This document shows positions 28,409-39,093 of a stretch of 64,000 bases of DNA, one piece after another; position 1 is the first letter of the stretch, and the number at the start of each line of letters is the position of its first letter. The stretch comes from Alphaproteobacteria bacterium (lineage in GTDB: Bacteria > Pseudomonadota > Alphaproteobacteria > MPNO01 > UBA830). Position numbers and translations under genes: made by a program. The DNA is taken from the NCBI GenBank assembly GCA_965243135.1, contig OZ251539.1, forward strand, positions 2,816,001 through 2,880,000, read 5' to 3'. Under the pieces are notes generated by a model, which saw only the letters and a list, made by a program, of their open reading frames with translations, had not been told where the DNA came from and made no database searches.

Positions 28409-31157
28409 AATTGCCCCAGCACAGACAGAAGATTTCCGGTATCAAGTTGTTCGATATCGGGATGTGATGGAATATTCACAATACGTTCGTAAATTGAGCT
28501 CGCAGATGGAAGCGGAATAAGTGGCATATAATACTTTCCCAAAGTCAGTAATGGATTGTCAAGGCGGGCGACTTCGATGGGTCTATTTCCAAGAAAAGGC
28601 AGGCTCGTAGCCACAACGGTATCATCAAACGGAAGCAAAGGCTCAAGACCCGCCGCTTGTGCGATGCGCAATATTCGCGTCGCCTGCTCCTGATAGCGGG
28701 GCACCCAGTCGGGAGATCGCTCAAGCCGATCGAGGTGGAACGCGCAGGCAAGATCCGAAAGTTTGCCGTTGTTCAGCCAGAACTGAGTTCGACTTGGCGC
28801 GAGAGAGCGATAATCGATCAACTCGAAGAACTCCTCGGCTTGCGCAGTCGGCAATACGGCAAGCCCGCCTTCGCCGACCCCGAACGGCTTGGTGTGATGC
28901 AGGCTTAGCGCTTGATATTCCACTTCCGGCACGGAATTGCCAATTCCAGCAGCATTGTCAACAACCAGAACTTTGCCATTTTGTTCAGCGAACCTGCGAT
29001 ATTGGTCGAAGTTGCTATAGAGGCCGAACGGATTTGTGACGATGATTCCATCATAGGTCTCCGGCGATAGCTCGTTTAGGGAACGGAGAGATAAGAGGCC
29101 ACAATCATCGCAATCGATCACCTTGGCGGCGCTGAAATAACCCCGTCCGAGATTCCGAAAGGAAAAAGAGCTCACAACCCAGCGTAGACGTTTTCCGGCG
29201 CGGGCACTGTGAAGCCTAACAAGTACTTCAACGGCAATTCCGCAATTGGCGCAAGGAACTACCGTAAGGTCAGATTCAAGGCCTAAATATTTATGATATG
29301 CTGCTCCTAAAACAGATTGAAGAGGGCCACGATTGGTCCAATGGTTTCTACGATCTGATATTTCGAGTAATTTTTTAACGCGTTCGAAATTCGGTTTTTT
29401 TGCTTCAACAAAGGCAACCTGAACCTGACCTGAGGTTGACGATGTATGTGTAGAAAAATGGGAGGGGTAAGAAGGGGTGCAGATCTATTTTTGCCAAACT
29501 CCTTGTTTTTATTTATGGAATCGGGATTTCCGCCGTCAGGCCGCGATGACGTTCAATGCCTGATTGTCGTTCGCAGCCCCAGTCATTGCCCGCCATGCCG
29601 ACTCGAAGCGACCCGACCAACGCTCTGAGGGTGAGGACGTTCTGACCGCCTTCGACGCTCCAGCGCATGCCGGCCCGCTTCATGCGCTGGTTGACCAGCA
29701 CCTTGTTGGCGGCCTCCACGACGCCCGACCCATAGCCGCTGGCCCTGAGGCTCGCGTAGCGCATGCGGCGCCTGTGCTTGCGGAAAAGCTCGCGCCCGAG
29801 AACCTTGAACGCCGTTTCCGTCGTCGCCTTGTCGCGGAGATAGCGGATTGCCGACCTTGTCGACGCCCTTTTCGTCGTCGCGCAGGACGGCGCGGTACTT
29901 TTCGTACCAGTTGCTTGCGACGGTCGGAGACCTCGTTGAGATGTTCGCACGCAAAAATCGACCGCCCGCTCGTCGGGCTGGAGTTCGTCGAGAAACGTCC
30001 AGTTGTCGGGCGCGGCGTCGGCAACGGCGACCACCTTCAGGTCGGGCCGCACCTTGGTGGGCGACCTCTTCGGCGAGTTGCGCCTTCAGCGTCGCCTTGC
30101 CGGCCTCCGGCCCGAAACTGAGCGTTTTCAAGCGATTGCCTTCCGCGTCGTGGAAACTGACCGTCCCGCAGGACGCCTCGCGCCAGCACGCTTCCTCGTC
30201 TCCGTCCGGACGAAGCGAAACCCCGTCAAGCGAAACGGCGCAGGAAACCGCCTCGCACCGTTTCCGCCTCGCGGATGCTTTCCATGGCTTCCAGCCCCTT
30301 TTCCTTCCAGAGACTGCCCGTCGTCTCCAACAGACGCGTGGCTCGACGACGGGTTCATGCCCCCCAACTCCTCGAAGAGTTGGGCCGTTTCCTGCGGCGT
30401 GCAGTGGTCCAGGAGCAGGAGAGCGCGATAAGCGGCCGGGTTCGTGAGATAGCCGCAGGCCCAGGTCGTTGTCGACCGGCGAGAACGACCCGTTTTCCGA
30501 GCGCGTCCGAAAATACCGGACCGGACCGAACAGCGTATGGACGGTCTTCTGCGTCCGCGCAGCCCGATAGAAGACCTTGTCGTCCTTGCGAATCGGGCCT
30601 CCCCTCTCGTCCCGGTCCTCGTTGCAAATCACCGTCCGGCACAGCGCAGCGACCTGCTTACCCAACCCAAGCTCGAAATCGGCGAACGCCTCGGGCCCCT
30701 CCCCCTCGGACCCTTCCTTGAGGAAGGCTCCCCGAACGCCTTGGCGGTCGCGGCCCCTTTCTCGACGATGGACGCGAAAGCTCGCACCGCCTCGGCGGCC
30801 ACCGGGGAGAGGCTGGAAAGGGACAAACCGTTCGAAGATTGCGAGACTGACATGGGAATGCTCCTGATGTTGTGGGGTCAAGCCAACATTCTGCCGCGCG
30901 GCAGGAGCATTCCTTTTTTTCGTCCTCCAGCCCCCTGATCGTGTCAAAATCCGCGCCCGGAACGGCATTTTGTCACGAAATCGCCGATTTCGTCCTTGAA
31001 GCGTCGCAACTAGTACTCGAATAATTGTTGAAAATCAACAGGTTGCGGATTTTCCCGTTTGGCAATATCAGACCTGCACCCGGTAAGAAGCAGTAACTTC
31101 GGCAACAGCTTCAGAAACTCCTGTGAATAAGGTCGGTGATGCTTGTTTAGCCCGCAT
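28405..31157 (-). pseudogene. DegT/DnrJ/EryC1/StrS aminotransferase interrupted near its 5' end by ISKra4
   Basis: WTNRGP, TNPFG, VDNAAG, SLHHTKPFGVGEGG; the frame continues across the IS to ATG 31157 (MRAKQASPT...VTASYPSHF...VAFVEAKKPNF). Confidence 0.8.
29475..31081 (-). mobile_element. ISKra4-family insertion sequence with frameshifted transposase
   Basis: Ends GGGTGCAGATCT / AGACCTGCACCC; 9-bp TSD GGTAAGAAG at 29466-29474 and 31082-31090; SLDGV, WREASCG, ADAAPDNW, GSGVVEAANK, RMKRAGMRWS. Confidence 0.85.
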
Positions 31158-31599
31158 ATTTCAGTGTCCCGTGAAAAGGCGCTTTCTTAAACTGCGACGG
31201 TCACCGCCAGCCGCATCACCCCGAGCACTTCCGCGGCCGGGTCGCCCTGGCCGATGCCGATGTCCGACCTGGCAATGAGGTGAACGCAGGGGTAGCCAGG
31301 GCCGTCCTGAGCATCCGCCGCACCTTGGAGAAGATCTCCACGCGCCCGTTCAACATGTCCGGTGCCTTGTCCGGGGCAATCAACTGTCGACCTCGCCACC
31401 GATCTTCAGGTCCGCCGCAGGATCGTCTTCGTGGTCGAAGCCGGGCTTGACGCTGTTGCCAAAGCGGGCCTTGAAGACCGCCTCCTCGCGTACCTGCCAA
31501 TTGTTCATCCCGAACCTCCTGCCCGTTGCCTGAACAGCGCATGGGCTACGAAGCCGCGCCCGGCCGCGATGTCCGCCTGCCAGATATGAGCATTCACGG

Positions 31600-31850
31600 T
31601 AATTGATGTCGCATTTATTATCCTTTCCGCGGAGGTAATCTAACAGAATGTCGGAGTCTTGGTAAGCGTCCGTGTCCAGCGCGTAGTCCGCCTCTTGTCG
31701 CACCTTCTGCAACGCGACGAACGCCTCCGCGAAGTCGTGGATTCCCGCCGGGAACTCCCCTGCCCTGGCAGGTGCGCGCTTCTGGCCCTGCCCGGCGCGG
31801 TAGATGCCATGCCGGGCCGCGCACCGTGCCGATGAAGACGCAGAAGCGTG
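31600..31850 (-). pseudogene. HEPN-like fragment, possibly joined to a PIN-like fragment
   Basis: FPAGIHDFAEAFVALQKVRQEADY followed by DSDILLDYLRG. Confidence 0.4.
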
Positions 31851-32591
31851 ATCGCGTAGGCCATATCGCGGAATCACCAGCAGTCGCCGCCGGGACACGG
31901 CCGCCAGATAGCCGCGCACCGTGTTGGCGAAAAAAAGGCCGACCGTTTCCGGCATGTACATCCTGTGATTGCCGAAAATCCTCTTGTGCGCCTCTCGCCG
32001 GTACCGGTTCACGATCCGCGAGAATCCTTCCTCGTGCACATGGACGACGACGGCGTCGGCCTCGTACCGGATTCGGAGGTCGTCCTGCTGGATCCGAAAA
32101 ACCCACGCTATGTCTTCCAACCCGGTCAGTTCCTCGTCGTACGCCGTCCGCACCGACGCCCGCAACGCGCAGTTGGCGTTGTTGCAGAAAGGATGACCCG
32201 TCTCGGGCGGAAACCATCGTCGCATGATCTCGAGCTCGGAAAAAGCGCTTCGTTCGTCGCCGGTCTGTCGCCCGTAAACGAGCGCGACGTCGTCAGGCGC
32301 TTCCAGCGGCGCCGTCAGGCGCTCCAACCAATGTTCGTCGGCCGGCGGGCGCTGGCGAACACGAGAAGATCGCCCGACGCCGCCTCGCACCCGACGTTGA
32401 GGGCGCGCCCGAAGGTGAACGCGGAAGGCGCGAACAACTCGCGCGCCGACCCGTTCACCGACCGAAGCGTCCGTCGATCCTGAATCGACGAGGACGATCT
32501 TGTCGGGCTTGCGGGTCTGACGAGCTATGCCGTCGAAGAGCCGGGGCAGGTGGGCGGCCTCGTTGAGAGCGCGGATGGAGATGCTGGCCAT
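31850..32591 (-). pseudogene. Second copy of the GT2 rhamnosyltransferase-like gene, frameshifted
   Basis: Near-identical to 9088-9720 in inverted orientation, with different small deletions. Confidence 0.8.
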
Positions 32592-32859
32592 GCTGAGGGT
32601 GCGAGAGTCTCCGTGTCGGAACGGCAGGCGGCGAGGCGGGCGACCGGAAAGGCTGTCTACATGTAGAGAAAGAGCCCTCCCGCCGCAACGGCCCGCCGAG
32701 TAGATGATTGTCCGCTACGCATGCTCGCCAAGTTCAGCCCCCGGCTTGTTCGGGCCCGCAATTCGGTTGAGACCGACCCCGCCGCCGCGGTGCCTTGACC
32801 CGCCCTCTCGACAGAGATTGTCGACTGCCTGCGTTGCGCTTCATGGTTGATAGCGGCGC

Positions 32860-33360
32860 CAGAAAGCCAGAGAAAAGCGCAGTGAAAAATGTGGAATCGC
32901 GCCGCAACCCCGGCGTGGGACCGCTCTGTCCGTCGCACCGACATTGTGCCGCCCGGCGCGAACTCCTGGCCTCGCCGCCGCCGAGGCGGCGCGCAACGAG
33001 CCTAAACGCCTGAAGTCGGCCTCTTCGGCAAACGAACGGGCCGCCCGCGGCGAAGTCGAGGAAGCGACTCGACGAGCGACACCCGCGGCGCGCAAGCTTT
33101 ACAAGCGCGGGCGCGCGCCGCGCTTGCCCGGTTTTCGGGGAATGCCGCCGTCCGCGGCAAGCCTTGCGCGAAAAACGGAGAAAAGGTCTCCGGGCAGGTC
33201 GAGTTTCGCGCCTGCAAGCGGCGTTGTTGCCGGCCCCGCGCGCGCCAAAGCGGGAGGCGCGCCGGCGCCGCGGTTGGTCGCGAACGACAGCGCCGGTGCC
33301 GGGACTTGCGCTCCGTGCGACCGCGACAGTCGCTCAACTTCGAGGTCTCGCCGGCGGGGA
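32860..33360 (+). mobile_element. IS66 tnpC N-terminal remnant
   Basis: AEAARNEPKRLKSASS matches the N-terminus of IS66-B/C. Confidence 0.6.
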
Positions 33361-33699
33361 ACGGCGTCAGGCGCCCTTTGTTCCCGCCCCGTCGTCCGTT
33401 CGGCGACGGTTTCCGGCGCGGCGGTCTGGCAGCCGGCTATCAGCGCCTTGAGCGCCGTCATGTTCTCCTCGTGGCGGCGTTCGTCGGCTTCGCGCTGTTG
33501 CAGCATGGCTGTGCTCTGCTGCTGCGTGGCCGCGCGCTGTTGTTGCCCGCGTTCGTCGTTGGCGCGGACCATCGCGACCGTACGCCGACGGCCGCGGCGG
33601 CGTTGGCGGAAGCGACGGCGAGGTTGGCGATCGCGAAGGCAGTCATGAGCGTCCTTTCCAGAGACGGTTCCGGAGACAGTATCCGCGGCACCGATCGTC

Positions 33700-34008
33700 A
33701 AGAGAGAGACGCTTGCGCCAGGGCAAGAACGGGGCGGTGGCGTTCATTGCCAGGCTCTGTCCTTGAGGCTGCAGCAGGGGCGGCGCACGCATGCGCCGCA
33801 AGCGGCGAAACGCCTGAACTCCAGCCTGCGGTTCCGTCGAACGGGAGCGTCGTCCGGTCGAGCGAGGCGGACTTTCGCCGTCGAACCTCCAGGGTTCGCT
33901 CGAAGCCATGGGTGGAAAGCCTGAGGAAACATGCAACCAGCGTGGGCCTGCCCTGCTTCGGGACTGGAGACGGAACGGGCAGGTGTCACCCCGCGACCGA
34001 ACGCTTAC
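33700..34008 (-). mobile_element. IS66-family left-end fragment
   Basis: CCCCGCGACCGAACGCTTAC at 33989-34008 is a GTAAGCG-type terminus. Confidence 0.6.
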
Positions 34009-34360
34009 GTGTTTTTTTGCCGATATGATCCAAAGGATCAATTCAACATAAAAACAAGGATGTTTATCGACGACGCAACTTAATGTGAAGGTCTTTGTCG
34101 CGGCCTGCGAAAAATGTGCCTGCGGCTCGGCCTCGTGACGGTGGTCATGATGGGGATGGCGCTCGGCATCTGCGGGCGGAACGTCGGAACCACATGCGGT
34201 CACTGGCCGCTCCGGTCGAGCTGCGCGACACGGGATGACCGCTGCGGTCGTCTGACCGCCCCCAAACTGGCTGCCTGCGTTCAGGCCACGCTTGGCTCGC
34301 CCCGGGTTTGCGGTGAGGCGATGCGGCATGTCACCGTGGCCCCGAACGGAGAATGGGTAG

Positions 34361-37270
34361 CTATGCATTATCAACTGAGCCGTTAAAAAGCGCAACCATT
34401 TTATACAATCGATTTTCGCTTTCTTTAATCATTTCAGAATATACTGCATTGTTGAATCCCCACAAAACAGAATCGTATTTTTCGTTTTGTCTAACAAGAA
34501 ACGGCAGGGTTACAACGACCTTGAGATTTGGCAAATTCTCGATAAATCTATCAATAGTGTTTTCTGAGTTCAAATTGTCAAAATCCCACGAAACAATACG
34601 TTGAAACAATCTTTCATTATATATACAGAATACAGTCGATGTCATTTTATCTATAGTAACGAACGTCGTTCCATCGAAAACTTCGACAGACAGAATTTTA
34701 GTATTTGAATTTAGGTCAGATATAAGTCCGCAAAATAAATCCCATGAACCTTCTTTTTGATCAAGAAATTTGTGTACCGATTTGATCTTTGTCGGAAAAT
34801 CCTTTCCAAACACTACGTCATCTTCCGCAACCTGAATTCGCTTCATTCCGCTAATCTGTGCATAGCGCGCAATTACATAATGACTCATACCACAACCGAT
34901 CCAGCTAGGCTGTCGGCGTATACCATCAAATACGGTCCATTCATTAAATAAAAATTCCCCAATCATGTCATTCCGCCGCATGAACGTTTCTGGCATAGAA
35001 ATGAGAATCTTGTCACCTGACAGTACGGGAGGACATATTTCTCTAATATATGAACTCGGAAGAATACCAATAGCGATCAAAAACCTGTCGAACATGAATG
35101 AAAATCTTTCGTTAGACGCTTTTACGGAAAGTGACATTTTTTGTTTCGACGGGGGGTTTTTCAGTGCATCTTCCACAGCATACAGCATAGAAGCGACAGA
35201 TCCTTGTCCAAAGAATGTCACTACGCCCTCAAGCTCTGGATAATCTTTCTGATCACTTGAGGATTCCGAAACGACTGGGGTTCCTAGCGAAAGGCACTGC
35301 CAAATTCGCGGAACTTCTAGAAGCCCATTTTCATAGTGATGCAGATTAATGACAACTCGTGCAGATTGAATTATTTCTTCCAAGGGAGAGCCAAATACGT
35401 CATTGACTATCAAAACGTTATATTTCTTCTTCAGTTCTGACAGCAAGCGTTGTCGTCTAGGGGAACTGAGGTTATCTCCATAAAACAGGATCTCACATGT
35501 TTTTCTGGCCTCATTCTTCGCACCCTCGTAAGAAGGTAGACCACAAATGGGGAGATAGTGGACGTGTGGGAAAGCTATCTTCATTTCATTAAGAAAGGGA
35601 AAGTTATGAGTTGCATATTCGAGAACAGAAAAAGAGTTATTCAATATATATAAATATTTTTCGTCAAACCAGCGAGAAGAAACTGTCTGTTCCACTTGAA
35701 ACGATATGAGTTTATCAAAAGGTGGAAGCTTTTCAAAAAATTGAGGACATATCACAATGTAATAGGCTAGAGAAAAATCATCGGGAGGACTCGTCGTCGT
35801 ATGGACGTTCCAACCATGCGCCTGTAATCGGCGTTCGATAGCTTTTGCTATGAATAAAGTATGAGGCGTTGCCATAATGCCCCAAGAAATCGGATATTTT
35901 TTTCTCTCGTATAATCCGGTAATTTGTTTCTCCACCTTCCAAGCGTTGTATCTGCCAGAGTGCTTTAGAAACGGCAATGGTGTTCGTTCAAAAATTAGAT
36001 TCCTTACTCGAATTTTAGTTGCTGAAGAGAGCGGTATTTGGCGCCATACCACGCGGACAGTTCTAGCTATTGTTCTACGCACGCCCCAACCCAGCGCAAC
36101 CGACAATCGTCGTAGACCCCGAAGCGGGGCAGTCACACGCCAACTCTTGGATATGTATATACTTTCGATCTCGCCGTCGCGCTTCGCCAGCGCATCCCCC
36201 AACGTTCCGATCCGGGCGTTCAGTTCCGCGATCTCGCCGTCGCGCTTCGCCAGCGCATCCCCCAACGTTCCGATCCGGGCGTTCAGTTCCGCGATCTCGC
36301 CGTCGCGCTTCGCCAGCGCATCCCCCAACGTTCCGATCCGGGCGTTCAGTTCCGCGATCTCGCCGTCGCGCTTCGCCAGCGCATCCCCCAACGTTCCGAT
36401 CCGGGCGTTCAGTTCCGCGATCTTGATGTCTGGTTTTATGGCGTCGAAGTTGGATTTTATTCGACGGAGCTTATCTAAATCTCCGCTGTTCATATCACCA
36501 TATGACCAACGGTTAAATATCTCGAAACTTGATACGAGCAGAGGCGAGAGGGTTGGATCTGTTTCTAACTCCGTGCAATCGGTGTGATGATGGCGTAATT
36601 CCAACGACAAAAAATCTTCAACCTCGGTTTGGATATTTGCTGACATATGCTTCGGCCATGTAACCCCCAAGGCATTTTCGAGTCTATTCATAACCTCATA
36701 CGGCCGTGAAAGAACTTCGTCGTAGCTCAACCAAGCTCGCCGAAAGTCCCGTGTTTTCTCGTCAACATCAAGAAAATGTCTTAGCCACAAATTATGCGCG
36801 ATCCATGGTTCGATTCCATCACGGATATAAAGGGATGCAGCGACATCCAGAGGATTGCGTATTGGTGAGACGATGAGGGGGGTGGCACCAAAGGTCGACA
36901 AGACCTCGATCCAGAACGGCAGTAGACGGCATATTCGAGGATCTTTCAGGGCAAATAGAGAACTGTCTCCGAAATCTTCGTCAAGCGCAATTAGCGCTCG
37001 TTCCATAAATTTGTTTTCCAGCTGATAATCGTGCCAACATGAATCCAAATTTGCCCAGTCATCCCAAGAAGAGTGCATAGATGCGAGAATTTCTTCGTTT
37101 AGATTAACCACTCTTAGTGGTTCCCAATATCCACTAATGTTGCTCCAATTAGCTGGCACTAGCAATTTTGGAAGATCGCAGCCAAACAGTCCTAGAAGGC
37201 GCGTGATTGCCGATGTACCGCTTCGGTGCATGCCGGCGACGAGAATGACAGTTTTGTTCTTTTCGCGCAT
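34361..37270 (-). CDS. Sulfotransferase-like domain, coiled coil, SKSWRVTAPLR motif, glycosyltransferase domain(s) and a GT25-like C-terminus
   Basis: VAGMHRSGTS, LKDPRICRLLPFW, RNPLDVAASL; INLHHY..LLEVPRI..LSLGTPVVSE; GCGMSH, VAEDDV; AT-rich. Confidence 0.8.
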   Translation of the reverse strand: MREKNKTVILVAGMHRSGTSAITRLLGLFGCDLPKLLVPANWSNISGYWEPLRVVNLNEEILASMHSSWDDWANLDSCWHDYQLENKFMERALIALDEDFGDSSLFALKDPRICRLLPFWIEVLSTFGATPLIVSPIRNPLDVAASLYIRDGIEPWIAHNLWLRHFLDVDEKTRDFRRAWLSYDEVLSRPYEVMNRLENALGVTWPKHMSANIQTEVEDFLSLELRHHHTDCTELETDPTLSPLLVSSFEIFNRWSYGDMNSGDLDKLRRIKSNFDAIKPDIKIAELNARIGTLGDALAKRDGEIAELNARIGTLGDALAKRDGEIAELNARIGTLGDALAKRDGEIAELNARIGTLGDALAKRDGEIESIYISKSWRVTAPLRGLRRLSVALGWGVRRTIARTVRVVWRQIPLSSATKIRVRNLIFERTPLPFLKHSGRYNAWKVEKQITGLYERKKYPISWGIMATPHTLFIAKAIERRLQAHGWNVHTTTSPPDDFSLAYYIVICPQFFEKLPPFDKLISFQVEQTVSSRWFDEKYLYILNNSFSVLEYATHNFPFLNEMKIAFPHVHYLPICGLPSYEGAKNEARKTCEILFYGDNLSSPRRQRLLSELKKKYNVLIVNDVFGSPLEEIIQSARVVINLHHYENGLLEVPRIWQCLSLGTPVVSESSSDQKDYPELEGVVTFFGQGSVASMLYAVEDALKNPPSKQKMSLSVKASNERFSFMFDRFLIAIGILPSSYIREICPPVLSGDKILISMPETFMRRNDMIGEFLFNEWTVFDGIRRQPSWIGCGMSHYVIARYAQISGMKRIQVAEDDVVFGKDFPTKIKSVHKFLDQKEGSWDLFCGLISDLNSNTKILSVEVFDGTTFVTIDKMTSTVFCIYNERLFQRIVSWDFDNLNSENTIDRFIENLPNLKVVVTLPFLVRQNEKYDSVLWGFNNAVYSEMIKESENRLYKMVALFNGSVDNA
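36167..36418 (-). repeat. Perfect tandem repeat, 4 x 63 bp (IAELNARIGTLGDALAKRDGE)
   Basis: Read directly; in frame; visibly more GC-rich than the host gene. Confidence 0.97.
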
Positions 37271-37989
37271 TTCCAAACTCCGGCACTCTGTGCAGCATGT
37301 AACCGGGAACTTGTTGAGTGGGCGCAATCCCCGTATATTCCCCGTGTGGTCAAAGTCCACCAAATTGTTTTTATTGTCAAGTGTGAGATGTCGGGCGTTT
37401 GTGGTGTGCCATTTTTTGTCGGCTTGGCACCCGGCTGGCACCCTACGGATCGCCTTGATCGCCCTTCGGCACGCAGGGTCGCACGGACGACTGGTTCCGA
37501 TCCCTGTCCCCGTCGGGGCGAAGCGGAACCATGACGCCATCGAGCGAGACGGTGCACGAAGCCGCTTCCTCCTGCACCGTTTCCACCTCGGACGTCCCTA
37601 GCCGTCCTTTCCTTCTCGTTCCAGCGCTCGCCGCCCTCGTCGACAGACGCGCAACTGGACGGGCCTCCCGGCTCCGTTCGTCGGCGTGCGGTGGCGCAGG
37701 AGCATCGCTGCGAGCCGCCGGTTTCTACAGCCTCGGGCTTTCGGCGTCCACGCCAAGGTAAGCGTTCGCTGCCCGGGGGACGAAAAAAATTTGCCCCGGG
37801 GACAGGAAACGATTCGCTGACCCCTGTATATCGCCTTTATGGAGTTGGCGACACCAGATTACGCACCTTCGGTGCTTTTTTGATTCCAACCCTTTGATAT
37901 AGCGCGTTCTTTTCTCGCGAACCGATAGATCGGGAAGGCAGAGGATTCCTCCTGCTTCCCCGGTTGCAACAGCTTCGGGGGAAAGAATC

Positions 37990-39090
37990 ATGGTCCGTCT
38001 CAACCAGCGCAGGGTCGACGCCCTCAAGCCGCGCAAGTCCGCTTACGACGTTCGCGACGACGATCTCAAAGGGTTCGGCGTCCGGGTGCTGCCGTCCGGC
38101 GGAAAACGATACTTCGTCCACAGCCAGCACGAAGGACGGCGCGTCTGGAAGGTCGTCGGTAAAGACATCGCCGAGGAGGAGGCCCGCGCGCGGGCGAAGG
38201 CCGCCCTGGCGGCGATCCGAAACCGGACGTCGGCGATCGTGCCGGAACAGACCCTGTTCGAGGCGGTTGCCGAGGAGACGTTCGAGCGTTACGGGCGGAA
38301 CTGGAAACCGCAGACGTTCGAGGTCAACCGCGGGTACTACAGGAACCATATCCTGCCGTGGTTCGGGGGACGCCAGATCGCCGAGATCGCGCGGCGGGAC
38401 GTCCGGCGCTGGTTCGCTTCGTTGCGCGATACGCCGGCGGCGGCGGATCGCTCGGCGCCGGTCCTGTCGGTGATCATGCGGCAGGCGGAGGTCTACGGCT
38501 ACCGGACGGAAGGCAGCAATCCGTGCACGGGCATCCGGCGCTATCGGCGGCAGGGGCGCGAGCGGTTCCTGACGGCGGCGGAACTCCGCCGCCTCGGAGC
38601 GGTCCTGGCGAGCCGCGAACCCGACTGGCGGGTCGCGGCGGTGCGGCTTCTGCTGCTGACCGGTTGCCGCAAGAGCGAGATCCTGACCCTGCGATGGATC
38701 GGCTACCGCGAAGGCAATCTGTTCCTGGAGGACAGCAAGACGGGGCCGCGAACGGTCTGGCTGTCGTCGGCCGCCCGGCAGGTTCTGGACGGGCTGGAGC
38801 GACGAAGCAGGTGGATCTTTCCATCTCCAGCGAAGGACGGCGCCCTGAGCGCGGAAGCGATCGGGCGTTTCTGGCGGAAAGCGAGGGCGGAAGCCGGACT
38901 GCAGGACGTCCGGCTGCACGATCTGCGCCATACCTACGCCAGCGTGGCGCTTCGGCACGGCGAGACCGTGCTGACCATCGGCCGGTTGCTCGGCCACAAC
39001 GATCCGGGGACGACCCTCAAGTATGCGCATCTTGCCGACGCGGCGGTCCACGAAGCGGTCGAGGCGGTTGGCGCGGTCTTGGAGGGATGA
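37990..39090 (+). CDS. Tyrosine recombinase/integrase with arm-binding domain (copy 1)
   Basis: GFGVRVLPSGGK, TGCRKSE, KTG, HDLRHTY, LLGH, Y. Confidence 0.93.
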   Translation: MVRLNQRRVDALKPRKSAYDVRDDDLKGFGVRVLPSGGKRYFVHSQHEGRRVWKVVGKDIAEEEARARAKAALAAIRNRTSAIVPEQTLFEAVAEETFERYGRNWKPQTFEVNRGYYRNHILPWFGGRQIAEIARRDVRRWFASLRDTPAAADRSAPVLSVIMRQAEVYGYRTEGSNPCTGIRRYRRQGRERFLTAAELRRLGAVLASREPDWRVAAVRLLLLTGCRKSEILTLRWIGYREGNLFLEDSKTGPRTVWLSSAARQVLDGLERRSRWIFPSPAKDGALSAEAIGRFWRKARAEAGLQDVRLHDLRHTYASVALRHGETVLTIGRLLGHNDPGTTLKYAHLADAAVHEAVEAVGAVLEG

Positions 39091-39093
39091 GAC

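Noticed and set aside
37271-37540. N-terminal extension of the 1059-aa ORF
   Set aside because: The upstream part runs into ISKra4-like remnant sequence; the conserved domain starts at ATG 37270.
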